The notes below the pieces were generated by a model that did not search any database, had not been told where the DNA came from, and saw only the letters and a program-made list of their open reading frames with translations. From a virus: a stretch of DNA of 64,000 nt. Each line of letters starts with the position of its first letter. The first letter of the stretch is position 1. The position numbers were made by a program, and so were the translations under genes. Positions 17,499 to 27,192 of the stretch are shown one piece after another. The stretch spans positions 1-64,000 of the IMG/VR virus record IMGVR_UViG_3300005573_000057. The stretch is one strand, 5' to 3'.

Positions 17499-20400
17499 AT
17501 GGCAATTGTCCAATCTTCGGCGCTACAAGTTGTCAACGGGGCGCAGTCCGGCGCCGTCACGCTTTCTAATGTCACAGCGGGTAATGCAATTCTTGTCACG
17601 GCGTCGATCTTTTCGCCAACAGCCAATGATGCGCCGCTGGTTAAGGACGGCTCAACCACGCTGACGCAAGTCTCCGCCTACACGCCAGGCGGTAATTACT
17701 CCAGCGCCGTTGTTGCTTGGGAACTGAACGTCGCAGCGGGATCGCACATAATTACAGTGCAAATGACCTCTGCTGTAACGTCGGGGTACTATGTCTTCGC
17801 GGCGCACGAAGTTAGCGGGCTTGGCTCGACACAGCCAAGCGTCAGCACTACCGGCACCACTACGGGCACTACGCTTGCCCTATCCGGCGCAACACCAGCG
17901 CAAAGCGGTTGCATTATTTTCACGGCAATCGCTGACGATGGAGAAGGATCTAGCACTACGGCTACTGCCACCACACCAAGCGGCTATACGTCGCTGTGGC
18001 AGGAGATGAATGGGTCGAACTACCAGATTGGTGCGGCAGCTTACCAAGTACAAAGCACGCCTGCTCCGGTTTCGCCTTCATGGACAGCGCTAAATGCGGG
18101 CGGCGGCGCAGGGTGGGCTGCTGTTGCCGTGGCGTTCGCTCCTTCGGGGTCAAGCGGTCTTTCATCCTCAACCACAGAAGCGGCTAGTGCAGCAGACTCA
18201 AGTACTGTGATCAATTCAGGCCCGGTATTGCAGAATGAGTCTGCTTCTGCGGTTGATACTATTACACAGAGTAACACTAGCTTAAGTTCAACCACAGAAT
18301 CTTCTAGTTTAACAGATTCTGGCGCAGCAGTCAATTCTGGAAGTGGTTCGCAATCAATTTTAGCATATGCATCTGTTGCTGCTCCAAATAGCACTAGCAC
18401 GACAAGTCCACTGATTACAACAGGTATTACGACCCCGGCATCAGGTTCGACCATCATTGTTAATCTGTTGACACAATCGACTAGCACTGCACCTGTTTCG
18501 AATTTCTCGGATAGCTACGGCAATACATGGACGCTGGTGGCGACGAATTACTACGCCGGTGGCACAGCGGCAAATGGGGAGTTTCCGAGTTACCTGCTGA
18601 AATGCGTTAATGCTAAAGGTGGCTCAAACCATACATTCCAACTTGTCAAAAATTCGGTGCAGGATGAATGCACGATCTACGCCGTTGTGCTTAACGGCGG
18701 AAACATCGGCAATTGGACGGTGGACACCACAGGCACGTATTCAGGCACCGTTACAACATCGGGTGCAAACAGCGCTGTGTTGTCGTTTTGGAGTCCAAAC
18801 GATACGGGCGTAGCTGGGTACACAGACAACTATCATGCACCTTCTGGCTGGGTGCAGATGGCGAACAACAACAACGCCGATAACTCAATGTCAGGCGCGG
18901 ACGCCTATCTGGCGCCGGTGGCCAATGCAGGCACCGTAGTAACGGCCACATGGACGGCAGACAACACGGGCGGAGGGATCAACCCAGGCCAGTGCATGTA
19001 CATGGTTGAAGTTCTTGCCTCAACAAATCCAAACGTCAACGCATTCTCCGTTGAATCCGGAACAGGTGCTGATTCCAATGCTGTAGCTGTTATCAAAGCG
19101 GTCACACAGCCCGAATCTGCTACTGCGGTTGATACCATCACACAGAGTAACGCGAACTCAATCTCAACCACAGAAGCGAGTACAGCAGTAGATGCGTCAG
19201 CAGATTTACTATCGGCAACTGCCACGGTCTCTGAATCGGCCAGCGCATCAGACTTTCCATCTTTGGGGTCATGGAAAATCCTGCAAGTGCTGCAAAACAC
19301 GGAGAAGTGGCACGACACAGGATGGGCAACCGCAACCACGAACGTAACTGTTGCAAACGGCGATTCGCTTATTGTGATGATTCAGTGTTGGAATAGCAAC
19401 AGTGTCGGAGCTACTTACCAGCCGGTGATGACCCCAACGCCGCTGACGACGATCTATGACCCGGAATCCACCTACATCGGAACATCGGAACCAGTCTATT
19501 GCCAAGTCTTTGCTGCGTTCAATCTCGCAGCCGGGACTTATTCCATCACCCCTCCAAATGTTGAACCGGGATCTGGCGATGGCGATATGTATGTGTTGCA
19601 CGTGTCTGGTATTTCGGGAGTTCGTGCGAACACACTTGGAACGGATCACCAAGGATCGGGCACTACCGGAAATCTGACCAGCACTACATCGACGCTAGGA
19701 AGTGGTGCTCAAGCGGGAGATTTGGTCGTTGGCATTGGCGGAACGGACAACAACACAGAAGTTACCACTCTGACAGTCTCGACGCCTAGCGGGTGGACGA
19801 ACCTCGCAAAACAGACTGATGGAACCAATTCTCCGCCGTCAAGTTTTGACTACACCACAGCAACGGGTGGATCACAATCAGCAACGTGGACATGGCCTGC
19901 CGAATCAAGCCCCGTTGCTGATTCTGCGGTTGTTGCATTTGTTCCAATTGGGGGTGTCCAAGAATCGGTCACACAATCCGAATCTGCTACTGCGGTTGAC
20001 ACAATTGCAAAATCTACATCAGTAACAAGTGCGCAACTCGAATCTGTTACTGCGGTTGATAGTGAATCCTACACATTTTTACAATCGTTATATCAGGTTG
20101 AATCGGGATTATCTTCGGATAGTTTGATTCCACAAGTATTTTACAATTTAACGATCAATGAAATTGGGTCTTTGGTTGATTCTGTATTTCAAAGTAGTTC
20201 GTTTGTTTCATCTTTAACTGAAATTGGGTCTTTGGCCGATTCTGTAGCCCAAAGTAATTTGTTTGTTTCATCTTTAAGTGAAATTGGGTCTTTGGTTGAC
20301 GCAATTCAAGTGAGTGGATTATATCCATCTTTCCAAACAGAATCAGTTACAGCTATTGATTTAACAGTGAATGGAGCCTCTATACCGTTGACACAAACAG

Positions 20401-21401
20401 AAACAACGAATGCAACAGATTCTCAATCACCAAGCTCTATTTTATATGCTGCGCAAGTGGATGCATCGGGGGCACTCGATTTTTCTGTTCAATCTGCGAC
20501 AATTCCTGTTTCCATTACAGAGTTGTCATCTGCTTTAGATTCTGTGTTGGGGTATTCCAATATTGGAGTATTGAGCAACGAAACTTCAACTGCAACAGAA
20601 TCATCAAGAACTGGAAGTTCTTCTGTACTGTTTGTGAACGAAGGTGGATCGTTGCTTGATTCGTCAAACACTTTGATTTCCAACGCAGTACAAAGTTTAG
20701 AGCATTCAACACTTCAAGATGTTCAATCATCATTGGCAACCCTTTATGCTGCAATAAGCGAAGGGATGGCTGCTCAAGATTCGCCAATTTCATTTGTTGA
20801 TTATTTTGTTTCCACGAACGAAAGTGCGTTGTCTAGTGATGCACAATCGAACAACGGATCTATTTATGTTTCTTTGAGTGAATCACTCAACGCATCAGAT
20901 AATCAACTTCCTGCCGCGTTGATTCGGTTGTCTCAAACAGAAACCGGAAACTCTTTGGATGTGATTTTCAATGTTACAGGCTATTCGGCTAATTTAGTAG
21001 AAGCAGGAACTCTTGGTGATTCGCAATCTTCGGGAACTTTGATTGGGAACATCCAAAATGAATTTGGATCATTATCTGATAGCCAAGCGGCTGTTCTCGT
21101 TTTTCACTTGGAGCAAAATGAAAATTCATCGGGGCAAGACATTTCTGTCAGTTATGCGTTGATTTCTGGAAATAGTGTTGAGTTTTCAAATGCTCTGGAT
21201 TCAAGCAACTCAAGTGCCAGTATTCCTCTTTTTCAAACTGAATTTGCTCAAGCACTAGATTATTATGTTGGTACTTTGTTTGGTAATCTGAACAATTTTC
21301 CATCATCCTATGTGGCAAATGCAAAGAATAACTACAGTAATGTGGTTAACGCAAACAATAACTACATATATGCAGTCTTTTACACGTCGAACTCCCAATG
21401 A
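17499..21401 (+). CDS. 1300-aa Ser/Thr-rich modular virion surface protein
   Basis: Three beta-rich domains (e.g. TPSGWT motifs) separated by ES(A/V)(T/S)AVD linkers, then ~20-aa E-x-x-x-x-x-D periodic repeats. Confidence 0.7.
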   Translation: MAIVQSSALQVVNGAQSGAVTLSNVTAGNAILVTASIFSPTANDAPLVKDGSTTLTQVSAYTPGGNYSSAVVAWELNVAAGSHIITVQMTSAVTSGYYVFAAHEVSGLGSTQPSVSTTGTTTGTTLALSGATPAQSGCIIFTAIADDGEGSSTTATATTPSGYTSLWQEMNGSNYQIGAAAYQVQSTPAPVSPSWTALNAGGGAGWAAVAVAFAPSGSSGLSSSTTEAASAADSSTVINSGPVLQNESASAVDTITQSNTSLSSTTESSSLTDSGAAVNSGSGSQSILAYASVAAPNSTSTTSPLITTGITTPASGSTIIVNLLTQSTSTAPVSNFSDSYGNTWTLVATNYYAGGTAANGEFPSYLLKCVNAKGGSNHTFQLVKNSVQDECTIYAVVLNGGNIGNWTVDTTGTYSGTVTTSGANSAVLSFWSPNDTGVAGYTDNYHAPSGWVQMANNNNADNSMSGADAYLAPVANAGTVVTATWTADNTGGGINPGQCMYMVEVLASTNPNVNAFSVESGTGADSNAVAVIKAVTQPESATAVDTITQSNANSISTTEASTAVDASADLLSATATVSESASASDFPSLGSWKILQVLQNTEKWHDTGWATATTNVTVANGDSLIVMIQCWNSNSVGATYQPVMTPTPLTTIYDPESTYIGTSEPVYCQVFAAFNLAAGTYSITPPNVEPGSGDGDMYVLHVSGISGVRANTLGTDHQGSGTTGNLTSTTSTLGSGAQAGDLVVGIGGTDNNTEVTTLTVSTPSGWTNLAKQTDGTNSPPSSFDYTTATGGSQSATWTWPAESSPVADSAVVAFVPIGGVQESVTQSESATAVDTIAKSTSVTSAQLESVTAVDSESYTFLQSLYQVESGLSSDSLIPQVFYNLTINEIGSLVDSVFQSSSFVSSLTEIGSLADSVAQSNLFVSSLSEIGSLVDAIQVSGLYPSFQTESVTAIDLTVNGASIPLTQTETTNATDSQSPSSILYAAQVDASGALDFSVQSATIPVSITELSSALDSVLGYSNIGVLSNETSTATESSRTGSSSVLFVNEGGSLLDSSNTLISNAVQSLEHSTLQDVQSSLATLYAAISEGMAAQDSPISFVDYFVSTNESALSSDAQSNNGSIYVSLSESLNASDNQLPAALIRLSQTETGNSLDVIFNVTGYSANLVEAGTLGDSQSSGTLIGNIQNEFGSLSDSQAAVLVFHLEQNENSSGQDISVSYALISGNSVEFSNALDSSNSSASIPLFQTEFAQALDYYVGTLFGNLNNFPSSYVANAKNNYSNVVNANNNYIYAVFYTSNSQ
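20155..20310 (+). repeat. Three 60-bp coding tandem repeats
   Basis: GAAATTGGGTCTTTGG at 20160, 20220 and 20280. Confidence 0.85.
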
Positions 21402-21751
21402 ACATTCCACTTTTCCGTTCTAAGTATCCTACAGAACCAGTAACTTTGCTTTTCAATTTTGGGCCTGCTTTATCAAATGGCACAACATTGGTTTCTGCAT
21501 CCATTGCCGAAATATCAGCGATTAACGGACAAGACCCGGCTTCTTCTGCAATGATTATCGGCAATCCTTCTATTTCCACAAATCCGATTACCCTTTCAAA
21601 TGGGACGATTCTTCCTCCTAATACTACAGTTTTGGTATCGGTGAATAACGGCTTGGATGGGTTGGACTATTTGATTGTTGTGCAAGTAACAACATCAGTC
21701 AATGGATATTCCCCTGTTTGCCGTGGAATATTGCCAGTAAGACGCCTGTAA
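21398..21751 (+). CDS. Putative fibre adaptor protein
   Basis: K.P.E...L.F.F...L pattern; translationally coupled to the 1300-aa gene. Confidence 0.5.
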   Translation: MNIPLFRSKYPTEPVTLLFNFGPALSNGTTLVSASIAEISAINGQDPASSAMIIGNPSISTNPITLSNGTILPPNTTVLVSVNNGLDGLDYLIVVQVTTSVNGYSPVCRGILPVRRL

Positions 21752-21774
21752 AAAAACGAAAAATCTTTTGCTTC

Positions 21775-21780
21775 TAACTA
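21775..21780 (+). promoter_or_regulatory. Putative late promoter CTAACTA for gp22-gp23
   Basis: Recurrent motif. Confidence 0.65.
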
Positions 21781-21818
21781 TTTTCAGATAACCCTATGTT
21801 TAATGGAGACTTTTCAAA

Positions 21819-23486
21819 ATGAGTCGATCAATTCAAGACGCTTTGCTTCAAGTTCTAAACGAAGAAGAAGATAAAGCCGAAGTTACAATCCCGGCAAAAA
21901 ATGCCAAGTCAGAAAACAACGAAGAAGACAAAGACGTTAAGGATGCCGATAAGGTTGATAAGGACATTGCTGATCGTACTGCCGGTTCCGATGAATTGGA
22001 CGATGACAAAGATGACGAGGAAGACAAAAAAATGAAAGAAAAAAGTGTTTCTGATTTTGCCGAGTCTACCAAGAAGAAACTCAAGGAAGATCGGATTGAC
22101 GACATTATGAAGTTCGAAGACGGTACTCTGTCTGATGAAGAAAGCAAGAAGCTGATTCAGTCAATGATTGATGATGATTCTGTGTGGAAATTGCAAGGAT
22201 TTTATGGCCGCACTGCTGCTGCTGGCCTCAAGAATGGAACATTCAAGGCGACTACCGATACTGCAAAGCGGGTTGCCGGAAGAATGAATGAAGACATTGA
22301 AAATTCTTTGAATGACGATGATGATGACGATGCAACTAACGCTGACGGATTGCCGGTTGACGACAATGATGATCTGAAAATCGCGGAAGGCAAACATAGT
22401 GGCCTTTGGGGTGAAGACTTCGACTTCAATGATGAAGATGAAGATGATGAAGATGATGAAGATAAGAATTCCCCGCCTAAAGAAGATATTGGCGAAGAAG
22501 CCATTCCTGATGGGCGCGGTAAGGGCTATAGTGCTGCCGATGAAAACAAACGTATCCGTGCTAATGGTAAGTACGATGATGCTGATAATGCGCGTCATAA
22601 CGAAGACGACGATGAAGAAAAGTTTGACAAAGTGAAGTCGGAAACCGAAGGTGTTGGTGGTAACGTTGACCCCGAAGCGACTGCCGAGAATGATCGTATC
22701 AAACGCAATTATCGTGATAATAGCCGCAGTGCCGCTGATCGGCCTCCTGGATATGACGTGAAAGTCACGGAAGGCCATTTGAAAGCATTGTTTGGCGACA
22801 ACGAAACATTGACGGAAGAATTCAAGACACGTGCTTCGACCGTGTTCGAAGCTGCCGTGAAAGAAAACGTGAAAGCTCAATCGAAAGTATTGAAAGAGCA
22901 TTATACGAAGGTGTACTCTCGCAAACTGCGGGAGCAATTTGATGGGCTTGTGGATAAACTTGATGGATACCTCGGGATTGTTGCCGAGACTTGGATGAAA
23001 CAAAATGAAATTGCCCTAGAAAGTGGTATGCGTTCTCAGATCACCGAGAATTTTGTGCGCAATATGAAAAATGTCTTTGAACAGAACTATATCGAACTTC
23101 CAGAAGAAAAAGTAGATTTGGTTCGTAGTCTCAAGGCCAAGACTCGTAATATTAACACAAAATTGAACGAAACCACAGAACAATTGGTTGCTGCTCGGAA
23201 GGAAATTGCCGGTCTCCACCGCAAACAAATTCTTGGCGAAGCATCAGTTGGTCTAAGTCAAGCGCAAGCTGAAAAGCTTGGTTCGTTGGTGGAAGGTCTT
23301 GATTTCACTGATGCTACAGAGTTCAAAAAGAAGGTTGGGATTCTTAAAGAATCGTATTTCCAACGTCCTGCGAACAAACGTGCTTCTGCACCTGTAGATC
23401 CGGTGAGTTCTGTACAAGAAGCTGAGTTGATCAGCGAAGATGTACGGGCAATTGCCAATACCATTACCAAAATGAACACAAGGTAA
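21819..23486 (+). CDS. gp22: Prohead core scaffold with long acidic N-terminal extension
   Basis: ALF...LTEEFK.RA.TVFEAAV, LDGYL.. V.E.W..NEIALE.G, K...LKESYF. Confidence 0.92.
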   Translation: MSRSIQDALLQVLNEEEDKAEVTIPAKNAKSENNEEDKDVKDADKVDKDIADRTAGSDELDDDKDDEEDKKMKEKSVSDFAESTKKKLKEDRIDDIMKFEDGTLSDEESKKLIQSMIDDDSVWKLQGFYGRTAAAGLKNGTFKATTDTAKRVAGRMNEDIENSLNDDDDDDATNADGLPVDDNDDLKIAEGKHSGLWGEDFDFNDEDEDDEDDEDKNSPPKEDIGEEAIPDGRGKGYSAADENKRIRANGKYDDADNARHNEDDDEEKFDKVKSETEGVGGNVDPEATAENDRIKRNYRDNSRSAADRPPGYDVKVTEGHLKALFGDNETLTEEFKTRASTVFEAAVKENVKAQSKVLKEHYTKVYSRKLREQFDGLVDKLDGYLGIVAETWMKQNEIALESGMRSQITENFVRNMKNVFEQNYIELPEEKVDLVRSLKAKTRNINTKLNETTEQLVAARKEIAGLHRKQILGEASVGLSQAQAEKLGSLVEGLDFTDATEFKKKVGILKESYFQRPANKRASAPVDPVSSVQEAELISEDVRAIANTITKMNTR

Positions 23487-23525
23487 TTTGTTTCATTCAA
23501 AAGTCAAAAACTACAAAGGAAAATC

Positions 23526-24827
23526 ATGACTGATACTACTAATCGTGCTGCACTTGTTAAAAAGTGGAAGCCCATTCTGGAACACAAGGACATGCCAGCG
23601 ATCAAAGATCGTTTTCGTGCCGAAGTGACTGCCGTTCTGTTGGAAAACCAAGTCAACGAAATGCGCAAGAGTCAAGCGGTGTTGTCCGAAGCTGCCCCTG
23701 CCAACTCGGATGGTTCATTCCCCGATGCTGGTGGTGTTGCTAAGTTCGACCCCGTATTGATTTCTCTGGTTCGCCGTGCAATGCCTCAACTGATTGCATA
23801 TGATATTTGTGGTGTCCAGCCAATGACTCTGCCTACCGGCTTGGTCTTTGCCATGAAATCGCGTTATACGAGCCAAAGTGGTACGGAAGCTCTGTACAAC
23901 GAAGCTGACACTGGATTCAGTGCTGATCTGGGTACAAGCCAAACAGGTAACAACCCTGCTGTGTCTGGTTATAGTGTCATTACTGGTCAATCTACGGCGG
24001 TTGGTGAAGCTGTTGGTTCCACTGGTGGTGGTACGCTGAATCAAATGGCGTTCAGTATTGAAAAGACTACGGTTACTGCGGTAACTCGTGCTTTGAAGGC
24101 TGAATACTCGATTGAACTGGCTCAAGACATGAATCGTCTTCATGGTCTGGATGCCGAAGCTGAATTGAGCAACATTCTGTCTGCTGAAATCGTTGCTGAA
24201 ATTAACCGCGAAGTGGTTCGTAGCATGTATACCACGGCTCGTGTTGGTTCGCAGAACCAAACCGCAACCGCTGGTGTATTCGATCTGGATGTGGACTCCA
24301 ATGGCCGCTGGTCTGTTGAAAAGTTCAAGGGTATGATGTTCCAAATCGAACGTGAAGCGAACGTTATTGCGCAACAAACTCGTCGGGGCCGTGGGAACTT
24401 CATCCTGTGTTCTTCGGATGTGGCTTCTGCTCTTGCAATGGCTGGTGTGCTTGACTACGCTCCTGCGCTGGATACCAAGCTGGATGTTGACGAAGCTTCG
24501 ACCACGTTTGCTGGTGTGCTGAATGGCAAGTTCAAGGTGTACGTTGACCCGTATTCTGCGAACCTTGGCGTCAACCCTCAGTTCTTCATGGTGGGCTACA
24601 AAGGCGCTTCTGCGATGGATGCTGGGATGTTTTACTGCCCATACGTTCCACTGCAAATGATGCGTGCTGTTGATCCTAATTCGTTCCAACCCAAGATTGC
24701 TTTCAAGAGCCGTTACGGTCTTATCGCAAACCCGTTTGCCTTGGTTGACCAAGGTGCTTCGAGTGGTATTGGTGCTCCCGGATCGAATTACTACTTCCGC
24801 TTTAGCCAAGTCAAGAACATCCTGTAA
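23526..24827 (+). CDS. gp23: Major capsid protein
   Basis: KW.PIL, LVRRAMP.LIAYDICGVQPM..PTG, LKAEYS.ELAQD, YCPYVPL, FQPKI.FK.RYG. Confidence 0.98.
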   Translation: MTDTTNRAALVKKWKPILEHKDMPAIKDRFRAEVTAVLLENQVNEMRKSQAVLSEAAPANSDGSFPDAGGVAKFDPVLISLVRRAMPQLIAYDICGVQPMTLPTGLVFAMKSRYTSQSGTEALYNEADTGFSADLGTSQTGNNPAVSGYSVITGQSTAVGEAVGSTGGGTLNQMAFSIEKTTVTAVTRALKAEYSIELAQDMNRLHGLDAEAELSNILSAEIVAEINREVVRSMYTTARVGSQNQTATAGVFDLDVDSNGRWSVEKFKGMMFQIEREANVIAQQTRRGRGNFILCSSDVASALAMAGVLDYAPALDTKLDVDEASTTFAGVLNGKFKVYVDPYSANLGVNPQFFMVGYKGASAMDAGMFYCPYVPLQMMRAVDPNSFQPKIAFKSRYGLIANPFALVDQGASSGIGAPGSNYYFRFSQVKNIL

Positions 24828-24846
24828 TCAAGGGTAGTTCAAGACT

Positions 24847-24878
24847 AAAAAGCCGCCTTCGGGCGGCTTTTCTTTTTG
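24847..24878. terminator. Bidirectional terminator between gp23 and the convergent nuclease gene
   Basis: AAAAAGCCGCC-TTCG-GGCGGCTTTT. Confidence 0.9.
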
Positions 24879-24889
24879 GTCAAATAAGA

Positions 24890-26380
24890 TCAATCTAGTA
24901 CGTAGGCAATTGTCCCACAATCGTAGATGATACTGTATCCCATTGATTTGACAATTTCCCATTCTGTACGTGGATCATCTTTTGATTCTGCTATTTTGTA
25001 CTTCATGAATTGAGACCGATGATACCTCTTATCATAGCTCTTGTCGAGATACCAATATTGAGGCTTGTTCACCCTCACCTGTTTGAATCCGTTCTTTAGA
25101 TAGACGTTTCCAATACTCCAACGTCTGTTTGCATAGGATATGATTTTTTCGTTTGGATGGTTCTTCTTGAACTCTTTTAGTAGCTTGCTGAATCCACCAA
25201 CAACGTTGAGATATTGACTTGTGCAAAATCTCGATAGCTCCCAATCGACATTATGATCAAATCGAGATTTGCAAAATGTCATGAGTGCAACGAGTTCGTT
25301 CTTGTATTCTAAACCAATACTCAAAGTTGATTTATCGGTTCCTTGAATATGGTTTTTCAGAAGAAATGCTTTCTTTTGTTCATTGCTTGGGTAAACGATC
25401 TTGCATTGGCGTGCTCCAATTCTTTCATTTTGACCAAGTTTTGACATGATAATCGACTTGACAATATCTTGTTTTTGCTCCCATTCATCACTGAAAACCT
25501 GAATCAAAAACACTCCATTTTCTTGCGCTTTAAGTGTTTTGTTCAAATGATAGCGATGATCCTTTCTCAGAGCATCACGTTCTTCATCGGGAATGTATCT
25601 GTGGTAATAGAGACCGTTGTATTCGATTCCAACCTTGTAGTCTGGAAGATAGAGATCAATCTCAAAACCTTCTAAGATTCCACGATTATCCCATTGAACA
25701 CGGATTCCAGAGTTTTCCAACCATTCGCCCAAATCGGTATGGCCTTTAGAGCGACGTACAAATTTTCTCGGATAGGAGTTCGGTTTTTTTGGTTCTATGC
25801 CATAGACATTTTGCAAGTAGTTGGCGACAACTGAATCAGAAACGCCAATTTCATCTGCGATAGCTTGGTAGGTTTTACCTTCTTGAACATACTTTGATAC
25901 TAGAAACTCTTTGTCTTCCAACAAAGTCTTTTTATCATCTGTAACTGTGTTGTATTTCTTGCCGTGAAGACCAAATTGCTTGCATTTCTTGATGACTGGT
26001 ACTTCACTCAAGCCAAATTGTTTGCCAATGTCTTTGTAGCTCCTACGCTTGATGATGCGTTCTTTGTAGAGCCAATCCTTGTTGCTCAGGTGATCCCATG
26101 CATCCTGAGACATTGAACCTCTCTCGGACTTGCAGGATGGATTGTTACAAGTCAAGGCCAGTTCATCAGATCCACGGTTGAATCCCACTAGAGCATGACA
26201 TATAGGGCACCGTGGGAAGGATTGTTCTGTCAACCCGGTCTCTGCTGCCCATCTGCGTAGTTTGAGGGGGTATCCTTCCATCCAAGGGGTCAAGGCATGG
26301 ATCTGATTCAACAGATCGTGCCTGTGTTTGCTAATGGTGATGTTCGATACTCCATCCCACGGAAACATGCTGATGTTCAA
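24890..26380 (-). CDS. Hef-like putative homing endonuclease (Zn finger, HTH repeats, PD-(D/E)xK/Vsr-like domain, GNAT-like C-terminus)
   Basis: CPIC...C...C; EIDLYLPDYKVGIEYNGLYYH; WELSRFC...GGFSKLL...SYANRRWS.GNVY..NGF; IYDCG. Confidence 0.75.
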   Translation of the reverse strand: MNISMFPWDGVSNITISKHRHDLLNQIHALTPWMEGYPLKLRRWAAETGLTEQSFPRCPICHALVGFNRGSDELALTCNNPSCKSERGSMSQDAWDHLSNKDWLYKERIIKRRSYKDIGKQFGLSEVPVIKKCKQFGLHGKKYNTVTDDKKTLLEDKEFLVSKYVQEGKTYQAIADEIGVSDSVVANYLQNVYGIEPKKPNSYPRKFVRRSKGHTDLGEWLENSGIRVQWDNRGILEGFEIDLYLPDYKVGIEYNGLYYHRYIPDEERDALRKDHRYHLNKTLKAQENGVFLIQVFSDEWEQKQDIVKSIIMSKLGQNERIGARQCKIVYPSNEQKKAFLLKNHIQGTDKSTLSIGLEYKNELVALMTFCKSRFDHNVDWELSRFCTSQYLNVVGGFSKLLKEFKKNHPNEKIISYANRRWSIGNVYLKNGFKQVRVNKPQYWYLDKSYDKRYHRSQFMKYKIAESKDDPRTEWEIVKSMGYSIIYDCGTIAYVLD

Positions 26381-26604
26381 ATTTCCTTATCCATGACGTA
26401 ATCCACAGCGTCACGAAAATTCTCAAAGAATCTAGTGATCAGTCCATTTTTTTCATCGACTGCCCATTTAGTGCGACAGAAGCAAACCTTTTTCGGGTTT
26501 GCTTGATAAAAGTTGATCCGGTCTGTATCGGTGCGTTCAGGCTTCACAAATAGGTTGCTCAGTTCACTTCCGTTGTTCAGCATGGCAGAAAATTGATTAT
26601 TCAC
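26377..26604 (-). CDS. Hypothetical protein
   Basis: GGGGA RBS, GTG start, coupled to the next gene. Confidence 0.55.
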   Translation of the reverse strand: MNNQFSAMLNNGSELSNLFVKPERTDTDRINFYQANPKKVCFCRTKWAVDEKNGLITRFFENFRDAVDYVMDKEI

Positions 26605-26616
26605 TATATTCCCCTG

Positions 26617-26754
26617 TTAAGTGCGATTTTTCAGGTTCTTGGTTCGGGCCGAATCAGCATAGATCGGAACCGCCAAGCGCTTAATATACAATTCCCTAGC
26701 AAAGATTGCCAAGACCACTAGGGATACAAGGATTTGAGGAATTGATTGGAACAT
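26617..26754 (-). CDS. Small membrane protein (45 aa)
   Basis: MFQSIPQILVSLVVLAIFARE...; single hydrophobic helix. Confidence 0.45.
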   Translation of the reverse strand: MFQSIPQILVSLVVLAIFARELYIKRLAVPIYADSARTKNLKNRT

Positions 26755-26756
26755 GA

Positions 26757-27062
26757 TCACACCATCATAAAAGGAATTGAGACTGAGGCAACTTGTGCCC
26801 CACCAGTGGTATTGTACTTGATCGTACCGCCCTGAGCGTAAGGGATGTACCCATACGCATCGGCAAGATGTGCATTGCTGCCACCAGGATTCAAGGACGA
26901 ATTGTACTGACTGATGAATTTCCTGAGATTGGATTCCGTTGGCCGACCATAGAAACTTTTCCATTCCATCGGTTCGGTCTTGGCTGTCTTCCAACCAACA
27001 TCCTTGACAAGCACGTTGTAGATCAGTTGGACAACGTATTTAGGGGCGTAGGACTTGCTCAT
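26757..27062 (-). CDS. Early hypothetical protein
   Basis: CAGGAG RBS and upstream sigma70-type promoter. Confidence 0.7.
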   Translation of the reverse strand: MSKSYAPKYVVQLIYNVLVKDVGWKTAKTEPMEWKSFYGRPTESNLRKFISQYNSSLNPGGSNAHLADAYGYIPYAQGGTIKYNTTGGAQVASVSIPFMMV

Positions 27063-27092
27063 GATTAACTCCTGTATCGAATTGACAACTAA

Positions 27093-27192
27093 AGTATACT
27101 CCACTTCACAACTTTGTCAAGAGATTTTTTGTACTTCCTCAATGTGCTCTTGACCTACACCTAAAATATACTTCATTTCACAACTTTGTCAA
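27093..27192 (-). promoter_or_regulatory. Two tandem early promoters TTGACA-N16-TATACT / TTGACA-N16-TATATT
   Basis: Duplicated CTTGACAAAGTTGTGAA; the upstream -35 box overlaps the stop codon at 27189. Confidence 0.75.

Noticed and set aside
23715-24809. 364-aa ORF antisense to gp23
   Set aside because: Explained by strong codon bias of a highly expressed gene; no recognisable motifs
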